Both the position numbers and the translations under genes were made by a program. A DNA stretch of 33,562 nucleotides from Hydrurus foetidus. Taxonomy: Eukaryota. The stretch lies in the NCBI GenBank assembly GCA_900617105.1, contig UYFQ01000286.1:1-33562 (forward strand), written 5' to 3'. Under the pieces are notes generated by a model, which saw only the letters and a list, made by a program, of their open reading frames with translations, did no database searches and was not told the DNA's origin. This document shows positions 23,923 to 33,562 of the stretch, in pieces (positions within the stretch are counted from its first letter, which is position 1; each line of letters starts with the position of its first letter).

Positions 23923-24207
23923 CCCAAAAATACTCGATATCAGCGGCAACAAGGATGACAAAAAAAGCTCAACGAAGGCGAACGGCACAAGTAGCTCGCG
24001 GCAACTGCAAGGCAGCTTAATGGAGATGTGTAGTGTTGATGATATCTCATCAGTGTTGTATGGGCTGTGCAGTGTTGTAAGTACATTGACCTTACGCAGT
24101 TACCACATATAACCTTACGCAATTACCATACTAAATAATTCTTGCACGTGCAGCTTGACCTTACGATTTTACCATATTAAATTATCCCCAGATCTAGGTG
24201 ATGAGCC

Positions 24208-24215
24208 GACCCCCT
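24208..24215 (+). repeat. Right target-site duplication GACCCCCT (8 bp)
   Basis: Directly follows the last right TIR; matches 4759-4766. Confidence 0.9.
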
Positions 24216-24557
24216 CTACCCCTACGGAAATCTTTTTTTTTAAAAAATTTCAATTATATGGTACTGTCAAGGGGGGTACTGTAGACTGTTTCCCCAAATT
24301 TTCATTTTATTAGATGCCATGCTCACAAAATTAGCTTTTCTATGAGATTTTGAAAATGTTGTTGAATTTAATTTAAATTTGAATTCTTTTCAAACTATAT
24401 TCGCAGATACCATAGCCATGATCATCACTTGAGAAACAGTGCTGAAGATTATTTGTCATCGACCTTTCGCGGCTGCCCGATTGTATGCGACTGTTTGGTA
24501 TATCATGGTAGTACAGGTTCACTTAAAAGTTGATGTGGCGACATAACATTATAATCA

Positions 24558-27500
24558 ATGTCAGCGAACCAACCAATTGCTTTTGCCGAGCTTCCTGCTG
24601 ATGACGGCAGCTATGATTCAGATGAGCTTGCCGGCACGTCAAGCGACGAAGGTGGTTGTAGTGCTGATGTTTCGAGGAATTCCTTAAAAGATGGAGATGA
24701 TGACGAAGAGTATGGCAATTTCTTGCGGTCTGTTTTCTGTGATGTTGATGGACAACAGAGTTCATGCTCACTGTCTGATGAAGAGGAGGATGAGGAGGAG
24801 TACCGACCACAGGGAGTGGACAGCAATGACGAAGAAGACGATGATGATGATGATGATGATGGCGACGATGATGGGCTGATTAAGGTAGCTAGGATGGAAC
24901 TTGTTGATCTAGTTGATGGATGCTGGCAAGCCATCGCAGGGGAGCCAGTTCAGCTTGTTGCGCCAAGTTCAGAAGCCTCCACCAAACAGAAATTAAGGGT
25001 AACGAAACGGTCGTTGTCGGAATGCGCTCCTGAAGAGGGTTCAATGAGTGGGCTAGACGAGGATTCTTCTCACCATCATACCAAAGTCTTCATCAGCACT
25101 TCCGATACGATAAGGTCCAGCAGAACTTTTTCTCCACCACCGCATTGCGAGAATCAACGCACAGCAGAACCCAGTGGGCAGCATGCAAGTTCAGGTCATA
25201 AACAGTCCGTGTCGGGGCAGCAGAGCGCAAGTCAGAGTTTAATTTCTAATTTAGTTCGACAGATATTCTCTGGTGAGAAGCCCTCAGCCGTGTGTCTTGA
25301 CGGGATGCCTGTCGATGCAATCAGAAAGCTAGTTGCCAGACAGATGAGCATGGCATCGCAGATGTTAGTCCAGATGTTATTGGCGGCAGAAGATAGATCT
25401 CTGTGCTTCAACACCTGTTACACTAGCCTTATGGAGCTGAGCAACTACAGGGAAAGTGCTTTGAAAAAAGCAGCACTACTTCAAATGAACATGAAAAATC
25501 TGAGGGCAGCGGCATTTCACAAAATATCTCAGCTGCATCAAATAGGAGGAAGTAGCGGCAGTCGGATGGGACCTAGTTTCGGTGTTGAAAGTGTCGAGTC
25601 GAGTCCAACAGAGATGAGGCTTACGAGAGGCATTGCTGGTCGACAGAGCAAGGCACAGGGATCATCTGCGAGAAGCACCTCCTTGTTCGATCTCCCTATG
25701 CTGTCAGACATAACGGAACTCTTCGAGAAAATAGATCTATCCCGGAAGGAAATCAAGTTGCAGGTGGCCTCATCTTTGAAGCATTCCAGTCCAAGTTCCT
25801 CTACCCCACACAACCTGTCGTCTCGGCCCCACACAGACTCAGTAGCCAGGTCAAGAGCAGAAGCACTGATAGCTCTTAAAGTGCAAATGCAACGCATTGC
25901 CACACAAAGCGACTCGTCTGTTCCTTCAACTGCTCTGTCCGCACTCACGAAGACGAGGGTCTGGGAATGCTTGATACCAACTCCCTCCTATCCCCTGGGG
26001 GAGGACGTCATGGCCGGGACCGACATGTCATCTCTCATGGGTCGTTCTCTCTTCACCCCTGCAGAAGACGACCTCCTCCTAAGGGGAATCATCAAGCACG
26101 GGGAAGATTCCTGGAAGTTGATCAGAGAACATTTCTTGCCTTCAAAAGAAGAACAACTTCTGCAATTCCGATTCCGACAAATGACGTCACCCACTGCTAA
26201 GGAAGCCTCGAAGTTTAAACGGTAGTGGATCTTATCCGCAATCTCTTAGTTCCGTTTGTTGTAGAGTATACATGAAGTATGTGAGGGAGTTGCATGTGTG
26301 CGTGTGTGTGCGTATCTGATATCCTGTCACATTCATCGCTCCCTCACTCGGCTGCACTCCATCCCATCACACCCTCATCATTCATCAGATACACCGCTTT
26401 AGAGAAGAGTTCTAGGGGGCGGGACGTGTGGACGCATGACGAAGATCTCGACCTGCTGAGAGGCTACCAGATATACGGAGATAAGTGGCCTTTGATCAGC
26501 ATATTCTTCTTCCCTCACAGATGCAGAAAGGAGCTTAAAGCAAGGTGAGCGAAATGACTGCCTTTTTCTACTACTACAGGATTATAGCTGTATAGGGGGG
26601 CGACTCAATCTGGAAGTATGACTTCTGGATTGGAGTATTTCTGAATGGGAGTTCGGCATCAATCCAGAAGTCCACTTCCGGATCAACCCGGATTTACCCG
26701 AAACAAGCAGGACTTCCGGATTGCTCCATAACTCTTCTGACATCTAGCCATTCTCATTTCGCAGATGGCAAGCGATTCAAAAACACTGGCAAAGGGCCTT
26801 TTCGGGGAATTTGTCTTTGATAACGTTTCAAACCGAGCTACCTCCCCACTCCAAGATGCTACTCCACTTTCTAAAGGAGAGCAGCAACAGTAATAACAAT
26901 AATGGCGGTGTTGCTTCTCCTCTGCTGTCGCCTAGTCGCTCAAGATATCAAACTGCTGCAAACGGGTCTTACCCACCTCCCCATCCCCTTCCTCTTCCTC
27001 TTTCCCTCTCTTCTAGAGACACCTTGAATGGCTCTCACCCTGTCAATGCACCCTCCCTGCCCTCTACACGCCATACAACAGTCAAGGGTAGACTGCCCCA
27101 CACTACCAGGACCGCTACTGTAGATGACTGTGTGGTGGAGGCTGACGAGCTGGCGGACAGCGATGAGGAAGAGGAGAGGCCGAGGGAGGGTGTGAGGGAT
27201 CTGGACTGGCACCTAGGGCGACTCACCAGTCGTCAGTCCGTGCTTTCCCAGTGGTCCCAAACCCTCTCCTCCACTGCTGCCCTCTACAGCGGCTACAGCA
27301 ACAACAACATCAGTATCAACAGCAAGAGCTTCAATTGCACTAATAGTGGTAGTAGTAGCAGTCGTGATAGGAACAGCAGCGTCAAGGGACAGCCAGTGAC
27401 GACGCAGTCAGTTCCCTCTAATGCGCACAAGGCTGCGACAGCTCAATCAGTGACAATTGATCATCAGCAGGGAGATGGACGGGGCAGCACCTGTCATCAT

Positions 27501-28046
27501 TCTACTGAACAAATCCAGTCTAGAGTCGCCGCAAGTCAGCAGCAGCAACAACAACATCAACAGCTGACGGCAACGCAAACAGATGACAGCGGTGAAGAGG
27601 CTAAGACCAGAGGTGGCCACAAGCCGGATAGCTACGGCCATGCACGGCTTGTTCCAGCTAATACGGCCAGTGTCCTTGTAGACAGATCAGGGGGAGTTCC
27701 AGTAGAAGTCCATGTTCCGTTCGCCACACAGTACTTGTATCAGGAGTGCAGCTACGGCTTCGACAGTCTGAGCAACATGACCAATATCCTAGGGGGGGCA
27801 AAGGCCTTACTAGACGCAGACAGCATCGGTAGGACGGGTGTGATGCATGCAGCCAGCAGTAGGAGCAAAAACAGCAACAGCAACAGCAACAGCAGCAGCG
27901 CTAACACTGGTGCTAGTGCGTTTCAACAACGTACTGCCCACAACCTTAATAATCACACTGCATCCCTTAAGGGTGCTGCTGGAGTGGCTACAGAGAGTTT
28001 GTTTGCAGCTGTCTTGAAGGATAGCACGCGTGCCCCGACAGTCTAG
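24558..28046 (+). CDS. GON4L/DUO3-like nuclear protein with acidic N-terminus and two Myb/SANT-like repeats
   Basis: Phase-compatible exons 24558-26221, 26389-26544, 26765-28046. Motifs EEDEEEYRP, LVARQMSMASQMLVQ, FTPAEDDLLLRGIIKHGEDSWKLIREHFLPSK and WTHDEDLDLLRGYQIYGDKWPLISIFFFPHR...LKAR|W resemble the GON4L/DUO3 family. Confidence 0.7.
26606..26723. repeat. Cluster of alternating inverted 12-mers CAATCYRGAAGT / ACTTCYGGATTG in intron 2
   Basis: Copies at 26606-26617 (+), 26621-26632 (-), 26660-26671 (+), 26674-26683 (-, partial) and 26712-26723 (-). Confidence 0.7.
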
Positions 28047-28676
28047 CTCGCATCTCGAAGGCAGTGTGGAGTGGGCGAGATGCAGTAGCGTAGCAATTAG
28101 ACACGAAGCCTGCTGTGTATTTGATGTCAGTCAATTATCGGATGTTGCTTTGCTAATCCTCACAATGACACTATTGCGATCTTGTAACACTCACAATAAT
28201 CATTGGGATTTAAAGTGATGGGAACCACTTTTTGATCAACAACTACGCGACTCAGCTGGTGTACAGTTCATCAGAATATATTGGCGACTTAGAGTGAGAT
28301 AATCTTTCCTGTATTGCGCATCATATGCAATGTATGTTGCAGATGAACCTACGACAGCAGAGATGGCGCTTCAGTGTGTTTAGCTAAGGGGTGTAAGTAC
28401 GAAGAGAAGAGGAGAGTGTGTTGAAAGGTACACCGGAAGAACGTCTCCAATATTTTTCCTCAGCGGAATAATCGACAGAAAAAAAATGACTAAAACATCA
28501 CAACGTAGCTATATTAAATAGAATGAATAAAGAGGATTTTGACCTCAAATCAGAATAGAACAGAAGAGAACAGATCAGAACAGCTCTTGGTATAATGTAA
28601 TAGGCAACTCAAACACACCCATGTCATGTAATGCAGAATGTCATTATCAGTGTTAATGTGAATGTGAATGTCAATG

Positions 28677-30177
28677 TCACGCAGTGGACGTTCTCTTCGA
28701 CACTGGGATCTTCCTGCCCGCTATGATATCCGGTTGCTTGTGATTAAGGGCAACGAGTAGGGGGTGCACTGGTTTGCTCTCTGCTGCGTACCGCTTGATT
28801 TCCTCCTTGCAAGCCGCTACAAACTTTGCATCCACATCCCCTTCAGCCATCTGCAGTATCCTATCATTCTCTATCTCAGCGATTCTTTGATCGATTTTTT
28901 TGCGTTGCACAGTGATTGAGTCTGCTAGTTGCATGGATTTGATGTCCTTCACTCTTTCCCTGGAGTGTTTTGCCTTCTGTCTGTCCTCCTCTATGGCAGC
29001 TTCATTGGTGCTGCGCCACAGCTCAGCCATGCGAGAGTCCTCGTCCATTTGGTTGAAGGCTTGCTCCTCCCTGTATGACATCTGTTCGGTGCGACTCTTC
29101 ACAATAGTCTCCCACTCCTTCTTTTTCTTCATTTCTTTAATTGCCACTTCCCTTTCCTCTCGTTCTTTTATATCTATTTCTTGCTTATATAGTATTTCTC
29201 TTTCATTACTAGATCGCTGAGCTAGATTCTGAGTAGCAGCATCAATGATTATTTGTCTTTTTTTCTGAGCTTTCTCGTAGTGTCTGTTTCCTATTTCTTT
29301 CAAAGCAGTCTTCCTCTCTTCAACAGTCCGAATCTCTTCGTCTCTCGCCTCCTCTGCTCTCCTCTCCTCTGACGACATATGAATGCGCATCTGCTTCAAC
29401 TTCTCATTAGCTGTCAATACTTCATTCTTATTTTGATTAGCTCTTTGTTGTTTAAGTTCAAGTAGTCGCTTTTCTTCGAGGAGCATTTCCTCTGTCCGTT
29501 CTTTCAAGGCATGTCCAATCATCTTCCGCTCTCGGACCTCCGCCTGCTTCCTAGCTACGGTGTCATCTAATTGGGACTTACGAGCTTCGGTTATTAGTCT
29601 TGTTCTGTCGGCAGCCACCGCGGCCTTCATTCTGTCCTCCTCCTCTCCTCTTTTCACTTGCTCGAGGATACAATTATGATAAGCAGCTTCGTAGGATTTC
29701 TCTTCGTCCAGAGCAGAACCTTTCTGAGAGATTTGTTGCTGCCTATTATGAATGACATCAGCATATAATTTCTGACTTCTCAATTGCTTCATTCTGTCTG
29801 TTTGTTCATATAGTAGAGTGTTCGCTCTCGTTATGGAATCAAGCCGAGATTGTCGACGGATTTCAGCTTCCTGTAATGTGATGATTGTTGATATGCATTA
29901 CTGCAGAATTCTCAGCAAGAGTCTACTAGTGATTCTGATGCGTTACCTGCTTGTCTATTTCTTGTCGTTTAAGCTCGTCCTGTGCCTCACGGTCTTTCAT
30001 GAACGATTCCTTTTTTGTTCTGTTCGCCTCCAGTGTGTTTGGCCAGTGCTGCACTCGATCAGCTGACAGCTGCTTCAGCTGAGCCTTCTTTTCAATACGA
30101 TTCTTTTCTGCGTTACTGATAGGAGCGATTGATGACCTCATTCTCTCCAGTTCTGAGGCAGTGATCACCCGCGCCAT
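28677..30177 (-). CDS. CFAP210: CFAP210/CCDC173-like cilia- and flagella-associated coiled-coil (TPH-domain) protein, ~474 aa
   Basis: Exons 30177-29947 and 29870-28677 join in frame. The motifs LKQLSADRVQHWPNTLEANR and ANTLLYEQTDRMKQLRSQ are followed by a long E/K/R-rich coiled coil. Confidence 0.75.
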
Positions 30178-30244
30178 TTTGATAAATGATTTCTGAGATT
30201 TTGAAAACCACTGAGAGTCGCTCTTCCGGAATGCAACTATTTTT

Positions 30245-30625
30245 GAGAGAGGGATTACTCAAGCCATTTGGAAAATCTCACATGGATGTTGGAGGAAGTT
30301 TCAGCAATGATCTCTTATGATATTTGATACCAGAGAGTGCTATGAATGATGAACTAACCCAAAACCTTCTGCGATGGGTTTTCAGTTCAGATGTGGCATG
30401 AGGATCGAAACCCGAAACCGACACGACAGGTGGTGTGCCGCAGGACTTTGATTCCTAATTGCTGTTTTTATGTTGTTCATGAAAACAGTTAGGGTTCGCC
30501 CCGCAAAGATGGGATTGAGCAAAGCGCTTAATTTACAGTGATTTGGTTTCAAATCGTAGACATACTTGGGTCATGATAAAATCCGAAATCCCTTGAAATC
30601 ATGGTGAACACAACCCCTCTCGCTA
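30245..30625 (+). ncRNA. Candidate structured non-coding RNA (identity unknown; RNase P/MRP-like topology possible)
   Basis: Nested complementarity by eye: 30247-30256 with 30612-30621, and 30257-30263 with 30565-30571. Hairpins at ~30338-30397, ~30454-30493, 30514-30532, 30539-30556 and 30572-30603. TTTT follows at 30626. Confidence 0.3.
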
Positions 30626-30778
30626 GTTTTCAGCAGTCATTTTAAAAAGAAGATAATAGATATTTATTTTATATAATTACTGCACTCCTATCATAGCAGC
30701 ACACTATATCGAGGCTTTATAGAAACAAAGGCAAGATTTAAACTAGACACTAGACTAGACCAGAACTGAGCTGCACTA

Positions 30779-33562
30779 TCACGGCACGTACTGTACAATG
30801 TCTGGGGAGCTACAATTCTGTGCCCTTGGGGGTCGGTGGTAGGGGGACCTGGGAAGGGGAATGGGGGCGGGCAGAAGGGCAGTGGGCGATCCGTCATCTC
30901 TGCAAAGCACATCTGCGAGAGTACATGATGTGGGGAGATGGGAAAGCAGTATTAGATATTAATAACAGCGATCAGTCACTTAGTGATGCTTTCTTCTCTT
31001 CTCTTCTCTTCTCTTCGCCTTGACTTAACTTACCTACTAGAGCGTTCCACTTGATGAACGGTATGTGAGATGAGAACTCTATACTCAGTCGATCCCGGCC
31101 TCTTCTCAAGTAGTACTCCCGCCAGTACCACAGCAACTCCCTGAAGTTAACCATCACCCTGTCTGCGCTGTAAAATCCGGAGAGCTTCCCGGCTACTTTA
31201 TGACGTATCCCAGTGTTTTCGCTGCGGTCTTCGTGGCCGTCTGAGCTTGAGGAATCCTCAACTTCAAGTTCTGGTTCAATTCTGCTTGGTGTAGTGCTGA
31301 TGCTGCAGGTGTCGCAGTGGATGCACCCCTTGTCGCTCCTCCTGTCCCTATCCCTGCTACTGCTGCTCGATGCTGTGAAGATCTGATGGGAGGAAGTGGA
31401 ACACCTGACCCCTCCTCTTTCCTTCTCCTTCTCCTCCCTAAGGGGATATGAAGACTGCAAGGATACATCACCTTCGCCGCAAGTGGCACAATACTCCGCC
31501 ACATCGCCCTCTTCACCGACAGACCTCATCCTCTCAACAACACTCCCTCTACTTCTACCCCTTACACTACCTCTTTTGCTCCCATTTGCTTTAGTAGCTA
31601 CCGCAGCAGTAGCATGTTCGTCTGACATCGCTGACGAAACATCATCACGGCGCCCATTGGCACCACTTCCGGTTGAGGATAGTGTGTAGAGGCCCTCTGT
31701 CATCTCGTTGTGGCTCTGGGATAGGTCATTGTTAGAAGGGCTCTGCGAGGAGAGGGGGTGGAGGGCGGGTTCGCTTTGAGTCGCGTGCACCTCGGCCAGT
31801 TGACGCACATTCTGCAGCAGCTGCGACAACTGACCTCTGAATGAATAAGAATGTAGAACACAATTGAAGTGAGTCAGATTGATGTCAAAGAGGGATGCAT
31901 GGACTTAGAGGAGGTGCGCATGCAGTGCATGCATAGTGATGATAGAATGATGTGTGCTCTCACCGTTTGTCAGCGAGGAGCAGGATGAGCAGGGCGGTAT
32001 TAAGGCAGCAGATGTTCTCGTGATTTATGGTGTACATCGTCACAGTGATCATGAGGCGGAACAAGATGTACTCTCTCTGTTGCACGAGGAAAAAGTGAAA
32101 CCGCTGCAGACTGTCCGGTAGCCGTTTTGTCTTCGTGTTTGTTTCTTGCCCCCTTGTTCTTGAGTCCGGAATAGACCCATCGACGGAGGGTCGACTACTA
32201 TTGCTGAAGTCATCGTCCCAGCAAGAAGACGCTGCTGTGCTGGATGCAACACTTCGGAAGGATACTGGCAGATGGGTTAATTCCGCATTGGGTCCAAGGT
32301 CTGCTGACGTGATATCCTGAGGGAGTGTGTGTGCTGACTTCTTCAGAGAGCCCCTAGAGCTGGAGTGGGAGTTAGAGGTTTTTTTACTCGACTCTGCCTT
32401 GCTGCTGCTGTTGCCATTGCTGTGGCGAGGGAAGTGCGGTGCTTCAGGAGGCGTGAAGAACTCTTCGTAATCTACTTCAACATCCCCCTCTGGGTCTACT
32501 CTCGTCTGCAGACATGCGTGCAGGGACTGCTGACTGTTACTGCGCACAAAATCGCTCTGCCCCCTCTGCAACTCGCACCGCATTGCTGCACTCTCACCAC
32601 CTCCGTATTGACTGACTGTATTGGGATAGCTCGGTGCGGGGGGACTAGTGAAGGTGAGGAAGTGACTAGCTGCCTCCCTGATGTTCTGCAGTGCGCCCCT
32701 CACACTATGAGTGAGTCGACTTGAGCTGGAAGGGGTAGGAGAAGAGGAGGACGAGGCATCGCCATCAAAAGAGGATGACTGCTGAGTTGTCCTACCTGAC
32801 TTTCCAGCAGTGCATACGCACGAGGAGGAGGACGAGGGTGCTTTGGACTTCCGCTCTGTGCATGTGTTGCTGCTGCTGCCTCGGTTCCTCACCAGTTCGA
32901 TCGCATACTGGCTGACAGGCTGGGGGGCATACTGCACCCAAGAGTGAGACAAGTACCCACCTGCCCCAGATCTGGAGGAGTCCCGTTCACGAGTGGTGGC
33001 TGGCTGCTGGTGCTGCTCATGAGGATCACTGTCACTGAACGCATCAATAGATAAGTAGAGAGACCTAACGAACACATTACTGTCCACTAGATTGCTCATT
33101 ACCGCATCCATGAACCGTGTAAAGTTGGTATCTCCTAGTGCGGAATCCACCATTTCTATGGTGTGCTGATTGCCCTTGACTAGTTCACCAAGCAGGTCAA
33201 AGGCAGTCTGGAGATTGGCACTGGCGCTAGGCCGTATGCCCATGTCCACTATGTGGGTCACGGTGTAGCTGAGGATGCCGCTAATAGCGATGAAGACCTG
33301 CTCATCCGGTCCCGACCCCCTCAGGAAAGACTCAAGGCAAGAAGAGAGCCAGAAGCGGTACACGGATTCTACAGGTTCCTTGAGCAACGTGTTGACTATG
33401 CGCGTGAATATGCCTCTGTCGCTGCTGCTGATAAAGAACCCTTGACTTGTCACCTCCTCAGGAGACCTACATCTTCTAAGAACCTCCTTCTCAGCCGCTG
33501 AGAGCAGCATCATTTTGTTGGTGTTTTCTTGGAAATCCCTGTCATACGAGTTGTGCACCAGA
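30779..33562 (-). CDS. TRPC4AP: TRPC4AP/TRUSS-like protein (DUF3689-type), 5'-partial
   Basis: Phase-compatible exons (window end)-31964, 31836-31034, 30912-30779. Motifs CLESFLRG, LQTAFDLLGELVKGN, NLVDSNVFVRSL, INHENICCLNTALLILL and NFRELLWYWREYYLRRGRDRLSIEFSSHIPF are typical of this family. Confidence 0.8.

Larger units (their letters stand above)
4767..24207 (-). mobile_element. Head-to-tail tandem trimer of a TIR DNA transposon (ISL3/IS256/Mutator-like DDE transposase fused to a 3'-5' exonuclease)
   Basis: Three near-identical units with start-to-start periods of 6435 and 6456 bp, TIRs at every unit end, an 8-bp TSD around the array, and visibly AT-richer composition than the flanking host exons. 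Confidence 0.92.
17658..24207 (-). mobile_element. Transposon copy 3 (6550 bp), apparently intact and autonomous
   Basis: TIRs at 17658-17679 and 24186-24207; carries an uninterrupted spliced ORF. Confidence 0.9.

Noticed and set aside
4767..24207. Helitron, LTR retroelement or endogenous virus as the explanation for the tandem array
   Set aside because: I found no HUH Rep/helicase, RT, integrase or capsid motifs. TIRs, an 8-bp TSD and a DDE/DxxH motif set point to a TIR DNA transposon.
4767..24207. Segmental tandem duplication of a host WRN-exonuclease gene
   Set aside because: Unit boundaries coincide exactly with TIRs and a TSD, and the exonuclease is spliced in frame within a transposase-like protein.
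30338..30397. SECIS-like hairpin (ATGA-N11-AA-N27-GA pattern with flanking stems)
   Set aside because: It fits the loose pattern, but no plus-strand selenoprotein ORF lies upstream; that region is the 5' end of a minus-strand gene. I kept it only as part of the ncRNA candidate.

Overview
Eukaryotic, intron-rich genomic DNA. A CFAP210-like gene suggests a flagellated organism, probably a protist. Four host genes are recognisable: a TBC1D23-like TBC+rhodanese gene (minus, runs off the left edge), a GON4L/DUO3-like double-Myb gene (plus), a CFAP210/CCDC173-like cilia gene (minus) and a TRPC4AP/TRUSS-like gene (minus, runs off the right edge). The short divergent intergenic region between the first two genes holds a 19.4-kb head-to-tail trimer (4767-24207) of a nearly identical, AT-richer ~6.4-6.5-kb DNA transposon. 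Each copy has 22-bp imperfect TIRs (GGCTCATCA...TGATGAGCC). The whole array is flanked by an 8-bp TSD (GACCCCCT), but the two internal junctions carry only the first 6 bp of it (GACCCC). Manual splicing of copy 3 joins the scattered ORFs into one 8-exon, ~1545-aa protein. It has an N-terminal Cys-rich zinc region, a D..D..DxxH..TNxxEGxH DDE core resembling ISL3/IS256/Mutator transposases, a complete WRN-type DEDDy 3'-5' exonuclease inserted inside that core, and two C-terminal Cys/His repeats. The combination of an ISL3-like spliced eukaryotic transposon, a built-in exonuclease and circle-junction-like tandem joints is the most notable system here. Family assignments come from remembered motifs, not database searches. 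A candidate structured ncRNA lies at ~30245-30625.
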